Part shown: positions 1 to 9,949 of the stretch, piece after piece
Position numbering within the stretch: position 1 is the first letter of the stretch
Layout: every line of letters begins with the position of its first letter
Assembly (NCBI GenBank): GCA_963761335.1
Contig: CAVXGR010000016.1
Coordinates: 256,001-320,000 of the forward strand
Origin: an uncultured delta proteobacterium
GTDB taxonomy: Bacteria; Desulfobacterota; Binatia; HRBIN30; BPIQ01
DNA length: 64,000 bases
Direction: 5' to 3'
The notes under the pieces: model-generated
Told to the model about the DNA's origin: nothing
Databases searched by the model: none
What the model saw: only the letters and a program-made list of their open reading frames with translations
Program-made: the position numbers and the translations under genes

Positions 1-2
1 GG

Positions 3-1445
3 GAGAATGCCCAGGTGATGGGGCTCGACGATCTCCTCGATGCGGTGCGCGAGCAGATGCGCGAGCGCTACCGGCAGTACAACCTGAACGACGCCCTCGA
101 CGATATCTCGCGTCGCCTCGACGAGCTCCTCGATCTGGAGCGCGACACCCTCGGCGAGGAGCGGGAGAGCCGCAGCGACACGCAGAGCCGCCTCGACTTT
201 CTCGACGGCCTGCCGCGCCGGCTGTCGGAGGCGCTCGAGCGCCTGAAGAGCTACGACTTCGCCGATGCGCAGGCCCGGCAGGAGTTCGAGAACCTCCTCG
301 AGGAGCTGGAGAACATCCGCGACCTGGAGGACTTCCAGCGGCAGTTCGGCGACCTCTTCCACGGACCCGAGTCGCTCGGCTACGCCCAGGCCCTCGAGCT
401 GATGCGCGAGATGCAGCTCCTCAAGCAGCTCGAGGAGCAGCTCTTCGGCGGCGACCTCGAGCGCGTCGACATGGAGCAGCTGGGCCGCATTCTCGGCGAC
501 CGCGCCCTGCAGGATTTCCAGACGCTGCGCGAGATGATGGGCATGCTCGCCAAGGCGGGCTACGTCACCACCCGCGACCGGCGCTTCCAGCTGTCGCCCA
601 AGGGCGTGCGCAAGATCGGCCAGCTGGCGCTGCGCGACATCTACCAGGGGCTGCTGCGCGACCGCGCCGGCGGGCACCGCGTCGATCACCGCGGCATCGC
701 CGAGCAGAAGCCGGACGAGACGCGGCCGTACCAGTACGGCGACTCCACGCCTCTCGATCTGGTGGCGACGCTCAAGAAGGCGCTGCGCCGCCAACCGTCG
801 GTGCCGCTGCAGCTGGCGCCGGAAGACTTCGAGGTGCTCGACGCCAACTACTCGACCACCACCTCGACGGTGCTGCTGCTCGACATGAGCTGGTCGATGA
901 GCTGGGAGGGGCGCTTCGCCGCCGCCAAGAAGGTGGCGCTGGCGATGGAGAGCCTCATCCGCTCGCGCTATCCCCGCGACTACTTCGCCATCGTCGGCTT
1001 CTTCACCCGCGCCGTCGAGCTCAAGGTGCGCGACCTGCCGGAGGCCAGCTGGAACATGGGCGACCCGTTCACCAACCTGCAGGACGGCCTGCGCCTCGCC
1101 TCCAGCCTGCTCGACCGCCACCCGAGCCAGAACCGCCACGTCATCGTGGTCACCGACGGCCAGCCCACCGCCTACTTCTCGCGCGGCCGCCTGTACTGCG
1201 AGTGGCCGCTCTCCTTCGGCGGCATCAGCATGCGCGCCGCCCGCGAGACGCTCAAGGAGGTCGAGCGCGTCACCCGCCGTGGCACCGTGATCAACACCTT
1301 CATGCTCGACGACAGCCCCAGCCTGCGCGCCTTCGTCGAGCAGATGACCCGCATCAACAAGGGCCGCGCCTTCTACACCCGCCCCGACCGCCTCGGCGAG
1401 TACCTGCTGGTCGACTACATCAGCCGCAAGCGCAAGAAGGTGTAG
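3..1445 (+). CDS. VWA-domain protein (MoxR/chelatase-partner type); probably 5'-truncated by the window edge
   Basis: C-terminal VWA with MIDAS residues (LLLDMSWSM ... TNLQ ... VTDG) after a long acidic helical region. The frame is open back to position 3. Confidence 0.85.
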   Translation, partial: ENAQVMGLDDLLDAVREQMRERYRQYNLNDALDDISRRLDELLDLERDTLGEERESRSDTQSRLDFLDGLPRRLSEALERLKSYDFADAQARQEFENLLEELENIRDLEDFQRQFGDLFHGPESLGYAQALELMREMQLLKQLEEQLFGGDLERVDMEQLGRILGDRALQDFQTLREMMGMLAKAGYVTTRDRRFQLSPKGVRKIGQLALRDIYQGLLRDRAGGHRVDHRGIAEQKPDETRPYQYGDSTPLDLVATLKKALRRQPSVPLQLAPEDFEVLDANYSTTTSTVLLLDMSWSMSWEGRFAAAKKVALAMESLIRSRYPRDYFAIVGFFTRAVELKVRDLPEASWNMGDPFTNLQDGLRLASSLLDRHPSQNRHVIVVTDGQPTAYFSRGRLYCEWPLSFGGISMRAARETLKEVERVTRRGTVINTFMLDDSPSLRAFVEQMTRINKGRAFYTRPDRLGEYLLVDYISRKRKKV

Positions 1446-1517
1446 GGGCGAGAGGGCGAGGATCCGGGAGGGCGAGGCTTCTGTCGAGCCACGTCCGGGG
1501 TGGCTCAGGGCGAGGGC

Positions 1518-1669
1518 TCAGAGAAATGTAAAATGTAAGATGAAGAACCGGTGACCGGGGATGAAAGACCGGAAATACTTCGGAAGCCGGCGCCTTGACG
1601 ACGGTGTCCTTCGAATCATCACCGGTTCTCCATCCCCGGTCACCGGTTCTTCATTTTACATTTCTCTGA
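1518..1669. repeat. Imperfect inverted-repeat element (repeat family A) with ~50-bp arms
   Basis: TCAGAGAAATGTAAAATG...AAGAACCGGTGACCGGGGATG at 1518-1572 is the near reverse complement of 1621-1669. Confidence 0.85.
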
Positions 1670-1747
1670 TTGCCCAAGTCGGTCCGCGCTCCCAGGCTTG
1701 CTCCGTAGCGGCCTTCTGAGGCACAACCCTCTTTTTCGGTTCACTTC

Positions 1748-4348
1748 ATGAAGCTCACCCCGATGCTGCAGCAGTACATGCGGATGAAGTCCGAGTATCC
1801 GGATGCGCTGCTGTTCTTTCGCCTGGGCGACTTTTACGAGCTCTTCTTCGAGGACGCCAAGCGGGCGGCGCAGATGCTCGACCTGACCTTGACCTCGCGC
1901 AGCAAGAAGGACGAGCATCAGGTGCCGATGTGTGGCGTGCCCTACCACTCCGCACAGCCGTACATCTCGCGGCTGCTGGCCGCCGGCATGAAGGTCGCCG
2001 TCTGCGAGCAGATGGAGGACCCGGCCTCGGCGAAGGGCCTGGTGGCGCGCGACATCGTGCGCGTCCTCACCCCGGGGACAGTCACCGAGGAGGAGTGCCT
2101 GGACCCGCGACGGCCGAACTACCTGGCGGCGCTCGATCGCGACGGCGGCGGCTACGAGCTGGCGGTCGCCGATCTGTCCACCGGCGAGACTGCGGTCATC
2201 GGCGTCGACGACGAGGAGCAGCTCGCCGACGAGCTCTGCCGCTTCGCCCCCGCCGAGGTGCTGACCCCGGCTGGCGAGGCGTCTCTCGAGGAGTGTGTTC
2301 GCCGGCACGTGTCGACCGTCCTCAGCCCCGTCGAGCGCCAGCACTTCAGCGCCGCCGAGGCGGAGACCTGGCGGTGCGAGCAGTCGGGGAACGGCGCCGC
2401 GCCGCCGCCGGTGCGGCCCACCTTCGGAGCGCTGCTCTGGTATCTGGGGCGTACCCATCGCGCCGGCGTGAGCCACCTGCGGCCGCCGCCGAGCGAGCGC
2501 CGCGCCGCGCGCCTGGTGATCGACGAGACCACGCAGCGCAACCTCGAGCTGCTGGCCACCACCCGCGGCGAGCGGCGCGGCTCCCTGCTCTGGGCGTTGG
2601 ACGCCACCAGCACCCCGATGGGAGGTCGCCTGCTGCGCCGCTGGATGCTGTCGCCGCTCACCGACCTGACGCGCATCGGCGAGCGGCTCGATGCCGTCGA
2701 GGCGCTGCTGCAGAACCCGAGCTGGCGGGCCGAGCTCCGCGACGAGCTGCAGCCGATCGGCGATCTCGAGCGGCTCGGCGCGCGGCTCGCCAGCGGCCGG
2801 GTGACGCCGCGCGACCTGGTCGGGCTGGCGGCGGCGCTGGCGCGCGTGGAGCGCCTCCAGGCCCTCCTCGGCGCCGTGCCCACGGGAGTCGGCGCCGAGC
2901 GCCGCAGCCTCTTCTCCGCCTGTGCCGCGGCTCTCGATCCGCTGCCCGATGTCCGCGAGCTGATCGGCCGCGCCATCGCCGACGACCCGCCGCTCGCCTC
3001 GCGCGGCGGCGGCGTGGTGCGCACCGGCTATCACGCCGACGTCGACGAGCTGCGCCGCCTGGCCCACTCGGGCAAGAGCGGCATCAGTGCGCTGGAGGCG
3101 GCGGAGCGCAAGCGCACCGGCATCAACTCACTCAAGGTGCGCTTCAATCAGGTGTTCGGCTATTACATCGAGGTCACCAAGTCGAACCTGCACCTGGTGC
3201 CGGAGGACTATCGCCGCAAGCAGACGCTGGCCGGCGCCGAGCGCTTCGTCACCCCGGCGCTGGAAGAGTACGAGCGCAAGGTGCTGGGTGCCGAGGACCG
3301 CCTGCACGCGCTCGAGCAGCAGCTGTTCGCCGAGGTCGTCGAGCGCGCCGCCTCTCGCCAGCAGGCGCTCACCGAGACGGCGGCGGCGCTGGCCCAGCTC
3401 GATGCGCTGATCTCCTTTGCCACAGTCGCCGAGAGACGTCGCTACGCGCGCCCGCGGCTGACGCGTGAGCACGGCATCGACATTCGCGATGGCCGCCACC
3501 CGGTCGTCGAGGCGGTCATCGAGACCGGCGGCTTCGTGCCCAACGACTGCCGCCTCGATCCGGAGGGGCCGCAGATGGTGGTGCTCACCGGACCGAACAT
3601 GGCCGGCAAGTCGACCTACCTGCGGCAGGTGGCGCTGGGCGTGCTGATGGCGCAGATGGGGTCGTTCGTCCCGGCGACGCAGGCCGACATCGGGATCGTC
3701 GACCGCATCTTCACGCGCGTCGGCGCCGCCGACAACCTCGCCGGCGGCGAGTCGACGTTCATGGTGGAGATGCGCGAGACGGCGCATATCCTCTCGCATC
3801 TGACCGAGCGCAGCCTGGTGATTCTCGACGAGATCGGCCGCGGCACCAGCACCTTCGACGGCATCTCCATCGCCTGGGCGGTTGCCGAGTACCTTCATGA
3901 CCAAGCGCCGGGGCGGCCGCTGGTGCTCTTCGCCACCCACTATCACGAGCTCACCGACCTCTCGCGCACCAAGCCGCGGGTCGCCAACGCCTCGGTCGCC
4001 GTACGTGAGTGGAAGGGCGAGGTGGTCTTTCTGCGCCGCATTGTCGAGGGACCGGCCAGCCGAAGCTACGGCATCGAGGTCGCCGATCTCGCCGGAGTGC
4101 CCGCTGCGGTGATCACCCGTGCCAAGGAGATCCTCCACAACCTCGAGAACGGCGAGCTCAACGACGCCGGGCAGCCGCGCCTGGCGCAGCGCCGGCAGGC
4201 GCCGGCGGAGGCGCAGCTCGGTCTCTTCGCGCCCGCCGACGACAAGCTGCGCGCCGCCCTTGCCGCCATCGACGTGGCCCGCATGACACCACTCGAGGCC
4301 TTGCTGCGCCTCAACGAGCTGGTCGAGGAAGCCCGCCGCCGCGACTAG
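1748..4348 (+). CDS. mutS: DNA mismatch repair protein MutS
   Basis: TPMLQQY...GDFYELF mismatch-binding motif, Walker A GPNMAGKST, STFMVEM, DEIGRGTS, FATHYHEL, SYGIEVA. Confidence 0.98.
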   Translation: MKLTPMLQQYMRMKSEYPDALLFFRLGDFYELFFEDAKRAAQMLDLTLTSRSKKDEHQVPMCGVPYHSAQPYISRLLAAGMKVAVCEQMEDPASAKGLVARDIVRVLTPGTVTEEECLDPRRPNYLAALDRDGGGYELAVADLSTGETAVIGVDDEEQLADELCRFAPAEVLTPAGEASLEECVRRHVSTVLSPVERQHFSAAEAETWRCEQSGNGAAPPPVRPTFGALLWYLGRTHRAGVSHLRPPPSERRAARLVIDETTQRNLELLATTRGERRGSLLWALDATSTPMGGRLLRRWMLSPLTDLTRIGERLDAVEALLQNPSWRAELRDELQPIGDLERLGARLASGRVTPRDLVGLAAALARVERLQALLGAVPTGVGAERRSLFSACAAALDPLPDVRELIGRAIADDPPLASRGGGVVRTGYHADVDELRRLAHSGKSGISALEAAERKRTGINSLKVRFNQVFGYYIEVTKSNLHLVPEDYRRKQTLAGAERFVTPALEEYERKVLGAEDRLHALEQQLFAEVVERAASRQQALTETAAALAQLDALISFATVAERRRYARPRLTREHGIDIRDGRHPVVEAVIETGGFVPNDCRLDPEGPQMVVLTGPNMAGKSTYLRQVALGVLMAQMGSFVPATQADIGIVDRIFTRVGAADNLAGGESTFMVEMRETAHILSHLTERSLVILDEIGRGTSTFDGISIAWAVAEYLHDQAPGRPLVLFATHYHELTDLSRTKPRVANASVAVREWKGEVVFLRRIVEGPASRSYGIEVADLAGVPAAVITRAKEILHNLENGELNDAGQPRLAQRRQAPAEAQLGLFAPADDKLRAALAAIDVARMTPLEALLRLNELVEEARRRD

Positions 4349-4440
4349 GAGCGCGGCCATCCTGGCCGCTTCTGAGTGGCTCGGTGGCTCGGTTCTTCAG
4401 TGGCTCAGTGGCAGGGTGCGGGCCCCTCACCTTCGGTCAG

Positions 4441-4490
4441 CCGGTTCTCCATCACCGGTGACCGGTTTTTCATTTTAACATTTTCTTTTT
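4441..4490. repeat. Single arm of repeat family A
   Basis: CCGGTTCTCCATCACCGGTGACCGGTTTTTCATTTTAACATTTTC matches 1622-1665. Confidence 0.75.
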
Positions 4491-4833
4491 CTCCCCCTCT
4501 CGGCACCGGGGGACGGGCGCGCTCCGAGGGGGAGATGCCACGACCGGGCAGGAACGCAAAGGCGCCAAGGCGCAAAGCCGCCTCATCCATAGCCCGGACT
4601 GGGGGTGGTTTTTCGATCTGGCACCGATCGCAGCGATCTTCCGGCGTACGACCGTCCGTCCGCAGGGGCCGCGGTTCGCAACACCCCAGGCTTTTGAATG
4701 TCGCCCCTTTGGGCTCAAGAGGTCGCGACAGAAACCCGGCAACCCCGGGAACTCGCCAACCCGGAAGCCCGGGAACCCGTAAACGGCGAAGCCTTCAGCC
4801 GCACCGCGACCGGTGCTATGCTCCGCCGCGGTG

Positions 4834-6198
4834 ATGAGGCGAGCTGGGGTGGCGGTCGCCGCAGCCGTCGGGCTGGCGGCGGCGGTAGCATGCGGTGCAG
4901 CTGCAAGCGCAGCCGCGCCTCCGGAGCTGCAGTCGGTGCGCACCCTGTGGTCGAAGGCATCGACGCGGCTCATCATCCAATGCTCCGGCCCGACCGCGTA
5001 TCGACTGCGGCGTGCCGCCGGCAACCCGCCGCAGATTACCCTCGATCTCCCCGAGGCGCGCCTGCCTCCCGGCGGCTTCAAGCCTCTCGCCATGGAGCAG
5101 GGGCCGGTGCGGCTCATCCAGGCGGTGCGCACCGGTCAGGGGGTCCGGCTGCTGCTCGAGACGCGGCAGGAGTCCTCGGCCTCGGTCTTTCCGCTCCTCG
5201 ACCCCTATCGGCTGATCCTCGACGTCAACGACGAGTCGCGGCCCCGCCGCGCTGCGGCTCCGCCGGCAGAGGCTCGGCGCCAGCGGCGCGTGCCGACCTC
5301 GGTTGCCCTGGCGGGCGCCCCGGCGCCGCCGCCGGCGGCGTCCCCAGCCGTGGCCGCAACAATCTCGGTTGCGGCCGAGACCCCGCGTCCGCCGGCGCCA
5401 CCCATCTCGGTGGCGCTGGCGGCGACGCCGACGGCAGTGCCGGCGACGGCGCGGCCGACCCCGACCCCGGCGCCGGAGGCTGCCCCGCATCCGCGCCGCC
5501 GCGTTCGCGTGGTCATCGATCCCGGTCACGGCGGCAAGGATCCCGGGGCTCCGGGGGGCGACGGTATCTGGGAGAAAGACGTGGTTCTCGCCGTTGGCCG
5601 TCGCCTGGCGGACAAGCTGCGCGCCACCGGCGAGTTCGACGTGGCGATGACCCGTGATAGTGACGTGTTCCTGGCGCTGGAAGAACGCACCGCCTTCGCC
5701 AATGCCCACGATGCCGACCTGTTCATCTCCATTCACTGCAACGCCAGCCCGAATCGGCACACCGCGGGAATGGAGACCTACTATCTCAACAACACCAATG
5801 ACCGCGGCACGCTGCGCCTGGCGCGCATGGAGAACGGCTTCGCCGCGGCGACCGGCCGGCGCGCCGATGGCACCGACGTGACCTTCATCCTCAGCGATCT
5901 GGTGCAGAGCTACAAGGTCGACGAGTCCGTCGAGCTGGCGCACGCGCTGCAGAGCGCCGCGGTGGAGAGCGTGCATCGCGATTTTCCCTCCCTGCGCGAC
6001 ATCGGCGTGAAGAAGGGGCCGTTCTACGTCCTGGTCGGCGCCGCCATGCCCAGCGTCTTGGTGGAGACCTCGTTTCTCACCAACCCGCGCGAGGGCGCCC
6101 TGTTGGCCACCAAAGCCTACCAGGAACGGATCGCCGAGGGGCTCTTGCGCGGGCTGCAGCGATTCGTTGAGAATAGCCGGGACGCGCGGACCCTATGA
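4834..6198 (+). CDS. N-acetylmuramoyl-L-alanine amidase (AMIN + Amidase_3, AmiC-like)
   Basis: Signal peptide, AMIN-like domain, Pro/Ala linker, VVIDPGHGGKDPG, EKD, FISIHCNA, SVLVETSFLTN. Alternative GTG start at 4813. Confidence 0.93.
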   Translation: MRRAGVAVAAAVGLAAAVACGAAASAAAPPELQSVRTLWSKASTRLIIQCSGPTAYRLRRAAGNPPQITLDLPEARLPPGGFKPLAMEQGPVRLIQAVRTGQGVRLLLETRQESSASVFPLLDPYRLILDVNDESRPRRAAAPPAEARRQRRVPTSVALAGAPAPPPAASPAVAATISVAAETPRPPAPPISVALAATPTAVPATARPTPTPAPEAAPHPRRRVRVVIDPGHGGKDPGAPGGDGIWEKDVVLAVGRRLADKLRATGEFDVAMTRDSDVFLALEERTAFANAHDADLFISIHCNASPNRHTAGMETYYLNNTNDRGTLRLARMENGFAAATGRRADGTDVTFILSDLVQSYKVDESVELAHALQSAAVESVHRDFPSLRDIGVKKGPFYVLVGAAMPSVLVETSFLTNPREGALLATKAYQERIAEGLLRGLQRFVENSRDARTL

Positions 6199-8915
6199 GC
6201 AACTTCACGGCCGAGGAGGCCATACAGCTACCGCTCCCAGCGGTGTCGCCCCCGGAGGGCTTTGATGCCTGCGTGCTCGACAGCAATTGGGGCCGAGACG
6301 CCAAGGTGTACCTCAACGGCGTGCGCGACCGCCTGTTCGCGCGCCACCGCGCCGGCGCCTCCGGACATGAGATCGTCGAGATCTACACGCGTGCCGTCGA
6401 CCATCTGATCACGGCGATCTACGCCGGCGCCGCGGCGCAGTATGCGGCGCGCTACGTGCGGCTCGATCAGCGCCTGGCGGTGGTTGCCCAGGGCGGTTAC
6501 GGTCGCGGCGAGCTCAACCCCTGCTCGGACATCGATCTCCTCTTTCTCTATCCGCGCCGCCTGGAGCCGTTCGTCGAGACGGTGGCGGAGCGCATCCTCT
6601 ACGTCCTCTGGGACACGGGTCTGACCGTCGGCCACGCGCTGCGCAACCTGCGCGAGTGCGTGCGCCTCGCCGCCAGCGATTTCAAGGTGAAGACGTCGCT
6701 CCTCGATGCCCGCTTCCTCTGCGGCGACACCTCGCTGTACGCCGAGTTCGCCTCGCTCATGGACCAGAGCGTCGTCACCCGCAACGTCGCCCGCTTCTTC
6801 AAGGACAAGGTCGCCGAGAACCAGGAGCGCCAGCAGCGCTACGGCGACTCCGTCTACATCCTCGAGCCGCAGATCAAGGAAGGGGAGGGCGGGCTGCGCG
6901 ATCTGCACACCGCCATGTGGCTGGCGCGGGTGAAGTTCAAGACCAACAGCGTCAAGGAGCTGATGCGCAAGGGCGTGCTGACGGAGCGCGAGATGGGCGA
7001 GGTGGAGACGGCGCGCGACTTCCTCTGGCGGGTGCGCAATGCCCTCCACTTCCTCTCCGGCAAGCATCAGGATCAGCTCACCTTCGAGTACCAGGAGCAG
7101 ATCGCCGCCGATATCGGATTTCAGGACAGCCCGCAGTCGAAGGCGGTAGAGCAGTTCATGCGCACCTACTACCTGCACGCCGCCAGCATCAACCGCTTCG
7201 CCACCGAGATGATCGAGCGCTGTCTCGAGCAGCCGCGGCCGTATCGCGCTCTCGGCAGCCTCATCGGCCGCGAGATCCGCCCCGGCGTGCGCCTGGCCAA
7301 CTCCATGCTCTCGATCTCGGATACCGGCATCCTCAGCCAGAATCCGGTCAACATCCTCTCCATCTTCCGCGACGCGCAGCGCCATGGCGTGGTTCTGAGC
7401 AACGGCGCCAAGCGCCTGGTCCGCGAGCACCTGTCGCTGATCGACGACGAGGTGCGCGGCTCGCGCGAGGCGGCGCAGATCTTCCGCGACATTCTCCGCT
7501 GGAAGACCGACGTCTACGAGAGCCTGATGGAGATGCACAAGCTCGGCGTTCTCGGGGCCTACATCCCGGAGTTCGGCCAGCTGCTCTGCATGGTGCAGCA
7601 CGACCTCTACCACATCTACACCGTCGACGAGCACTCGCTCATGGGCGTGCGCGAGCTCGAGCGCTTGCGCGAGGGCGTCTACAAGAAGGAGATGCCGCTG
7701 CTCACCCAGGTGATGCGCGAGGTCGACAGCGTGGAGATCGTCTTCCTCTCGATGATGTTCCACGACATCGGCAAGGGGCAGGGCGGCGGGCACTCGGAAA
7801 AGGGTGCCGCCATGGTCGAGGCCATCGCCGAGCGACTGCATCTCAACTCCGACGAGAGCGAGCAGCTCATCTTTCTGGTGCGCCATCATCTGCTGATGTC
7901 GCATCTGGCGCAGCGGCGCGACGTGCACGACCCGCGGCTGGTGATCGACTTCTCGCGCAACGTCGGCGCCACCGAGACCTTGAAGATGCTCTACCTCCTC
8001 ACCTTTGCCGACATGAAGGCGGTGGGGCCGAAGGTGTGGAACAACTGGAAGGACATGCTGATCAGCGAGCTCTACCTGCAGGCGGCGGATGTTCTGGAGA
8101 CCGGCGCCTTCGTCGAGGAGGCGCGCGAGGAGCGCGTCGCGCGCATCAAGCAGCGCGTCGCCGAGCAGCTGGAGGCGAAGGGAGCCGGGCGCGAGCGGGT
8201 GGAGGAGTTCCTGCGGGAAATGCCGGACCGCTACTTCCTCACCACTCCCGAGGAGGCGGTGCCGCGCCATTTCGCCATGCTCGGGCGCCTCGAGGAGGTG
8301 CCGGTGGAGACCGCGATCCGCCATTTTCCCGAGCGCGCCTTCAGCGAGTACACGGTCGTCACCCGCGATCGGCCAGGGCTGTTTGCGATGATCACCGGGG
8401 TGCTGCGCTGCTACGGTATGGATATCCTCGCCGCCGCGATCACCACCAGCCGCGATGGCAAGGCCGTCGACGTCTTCCGTCTCTCCCATGTCGACCGGGC
8501 CGAAATGGCCCAGGACAGCGAGCGCTGGGAGCGCGTGCAGACGGCTCTCGACCGCGTGCTCGAGGGCAAGACGGAGGTCGACCAGCTGATTGCGGCGGCG
8601 CGACCGCCGGCGTTCATGACCCGCAAGGTCGTCCCCCGGGTGGAGACCAAGGTGGAGATCGACAACGCCGCCTCGGATCTTTTCACCGTCGTCGACGTCT
8701 ACGCGCAGGACCGTCTCGGCCTTCTCTACACCATCGCCAACACGCTCTTTCACCTCGGCCTGTCGATTCACCTGGCGAAGATCACCACCAACGTCGATCA
8801 GGTGCTCGACGTCTTCTACGTGACCGACGTCCAGGGGCGGAAGCTCACCGACAGCGAGCGGTTGCAGGAGATGGAAGTGGTCCTGGAAGAGCGGCTGCGG
8901 GAAATGCCGCAGTAG
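6195..8915 (+). CDS. glnD: Bifunctional [protein-PII] uridylyltransferase/uridylyl-removing enzyme
   Basis: AQGGYGRGELNPCSDIDLL, KEGEGGLRD, YHIYTVDEH, HDIGKG HD domain, two ACT domains (DRPGLF, DRLGLL). ATGA overlap with the amidase gene. Confidence 0.97.
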   Translation: MSNFTAEEAIQLPLPAVSPPEGFDACVLDSNWGRDAKVYLNGVRDRLFARHRAGASGHEIVEIYTRAVDHLITAIYAGAAAQYAARYVRLDQRLAVVAQGGYGRGELNPCSDIDLLFLYPRRLEPFVETVAERILYVLWDTGLTVGHALRNLRECVRLAASDFKVKTSLLDARFLCGDTSLYAEFASLMDQSVVTRNVARFFKDKVAENQERQQRYGDSVYILEPQIKEGEGGLRDLHTAMWLARVKFKTNSVKELMRKGVLTEREMGEVETARDFLWRVRNALHFLSGKHQDQLTFEYQEQIAADIGFQDSPQSKAVEQFMRTYYLHAASINRFATEMIERCLEQPRPYRALGSLIGREIRPGVRLANSMLSISDTGILSQNPVNILSIFRDAQRHGVVLSNGAKRLVREHLSLIDDEVRGSREAAQIFRDILRWKTDVYESLMEMHKLGVLGAYIPEFGQLLCMVQHDLYHIYTVDEHSLMGVRELERLREGVYKKEMPLLTQVMREVDSVEIVFLSMMFHDIGKGQGGGHSEKGAAMVEAIAERLHLNSDESEQLIFLVRHHLLMSHLAQRRDVHDPRLVIDFSRNVGATETLKMLYLLTFADMKAVGPKVWNNWKDMLISELYLQAADVLETGAFVEEAREERVARIKQRVAEQLEAKGAGRERVEEFLREMPDRYFLTTPEEAVPRHFAMLGRLEEVPVETAIRHFPERAFSEYTVVTRDRPGLFAMITGVLRCYGMDILAAAITTSRDGKAVDVFRLSHVDRAEMAQDSERWERVQTALDRVLEGKTEVDQLIAAARPPAFMTRKVVPRVETKVEIDNAASDLFTVVDVYAQDRLGLLYTIANTLFHLGLSIHLAKITTNVDQVLDVFYVTDVQGRKLTDSERLQEMEVVLEERLREMPQ

Positions 8916-8925
8916 CCGACCGCCG

Positions 8926-9810
8926 ATGCATGCCAGCATCGATCTGTTTCTCACCTCCCTGCGCGCCGAGCGCGGTCTCGCCGGGGCCACCATCGAAGCC
9001 TATGCCCGCGATCTGAGCGGCCTGGCAGCGCATCTCGAGGAGGCGGGGGTGCGCCACCCGGAGGAGGTCACGGCGGTGCACCTGCGCACCTTTCTGCAGC
9101 GGCTCGAGAGTCGAGGGCTTTCGGCGCGCAGCCGCGCGCGGACGCTGTCGACGGTGCGCGGCCTGTTCAAGTTTCTGGTGCGCGAGAAGGTGATCGCCGA
9201 TACCCCCGCCGCCGAGCTGCGGGCGCCGCGCCGCGGCCAGCGGCTGCCGCGCTCGCTCGGGCGCGAGGAGACGGCGCAGCTGCTGGCGGCGCCCGGAGGC
9301 TCGGCGCTGGCGAGGCGCGACGCCGCCATGCTCGAGCTGGTCTACGCTGCCGGCCTGCGCGTCTCCGAAGCCTGCGGGCTGCGTGTCGATCAGGTGAATC
9401 TCGAGGCCGGGTACCTCACAGTCGTCGGCAAGGGCAGCAAGGAGCGCGTCGTGCCCCTCGGCAGCCAGGCGCGCCGGCAGCTACTCGACTATTTGGCCGA
9501 CTCGCGCCCGCGGCTCGGCCGCGGCCGGGTCAGCGCGCAGCTGTTCCTGAGCCGCTTCGGGCGCCGCATGTCGCGCCAGTCCTTCTGGAGAATCGTGCGC
9601 AAGTACGCCCGCCAGCTGGGTCTGCGCGGGCCGGTCAGCCCACATACATTGCGCCACGCTTTCGCCACGCACCTGGTCGAAGGCGGCGCCGACCTGCGCG
9701 CCGTGCAGATGATGCTCGGGCACGCCGACATCTCCACCACCCAGGTCTACACGCACGTCGCCCGCGACCGCCTGCGCGAGATCCACCGCAAATTTCACCC
9801 CCGCGGCTGA
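8926..9810 (+). CDS. xerD: Site-specific tyrosine recombinase XerD
   Basis: AYARDL, YAAGLRVSE, GKGSKERVVP, SPHTLRHAFATHL, DLRAVQMMLGHADISTTQVYTHV, HPRG end. Confidence 0.93.
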   Translation: MHASIDLFLTSLRAERGLAGATIEAYARDLSGLAAHLEEAGVRHPEEVTAVHLRTFLQRLESRGLSARSRARTLSTVRGLFKFLVREKVIADTPAAELRAPRRGQRLPRSLGREETAQLLAAPGGSALARRDAAMLELVYAAGLRVSEACGLRVDQVNLEAGYLTVVGKGSKERVVPLGSQARRQLLDYLADSRPRLGRGRVSAQLFLSRFGRRMSRQSFWRIVRKYARQLGLRGPVSPHTLRHAFATHLVEGGADLRAVQMMLGHADISTTQVYTHVARDRLREIHRKFHPRG

Positions 9811-9847
9811 GGGCTGTCGCAAACGAGTTTGCCCACCCGCGGGCAGA

Positions 9848-9897
9848 GTAGAAGCGGCGTCTCGCCGCTTCGGGAAGCGCCGGGACGGCGCTTCCAC
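9848..9897. repeat. REP-like double hairpin (repeat family C)
   Basis: GAAGCGGCGTCTCGCCGCTTC followed by AAGCGCCGGGACGGCGCTT; related copies at ~22359-22414 and ~48749-48783. Confidence 0.75.
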
Positions 9898-9949
9898 CCT
9901 AGGGCAGGGCGGGTCGCGGCTCCGATTCTTTTCTGCTAGCTTCCGACGG

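Noticed and set aside
8926..9810. Tyrosine recombinase as a mobile-element integrase
   Set aside because: Sequence and housekeeping context match chromosomal XerD; no att sites or dif-like site seen.
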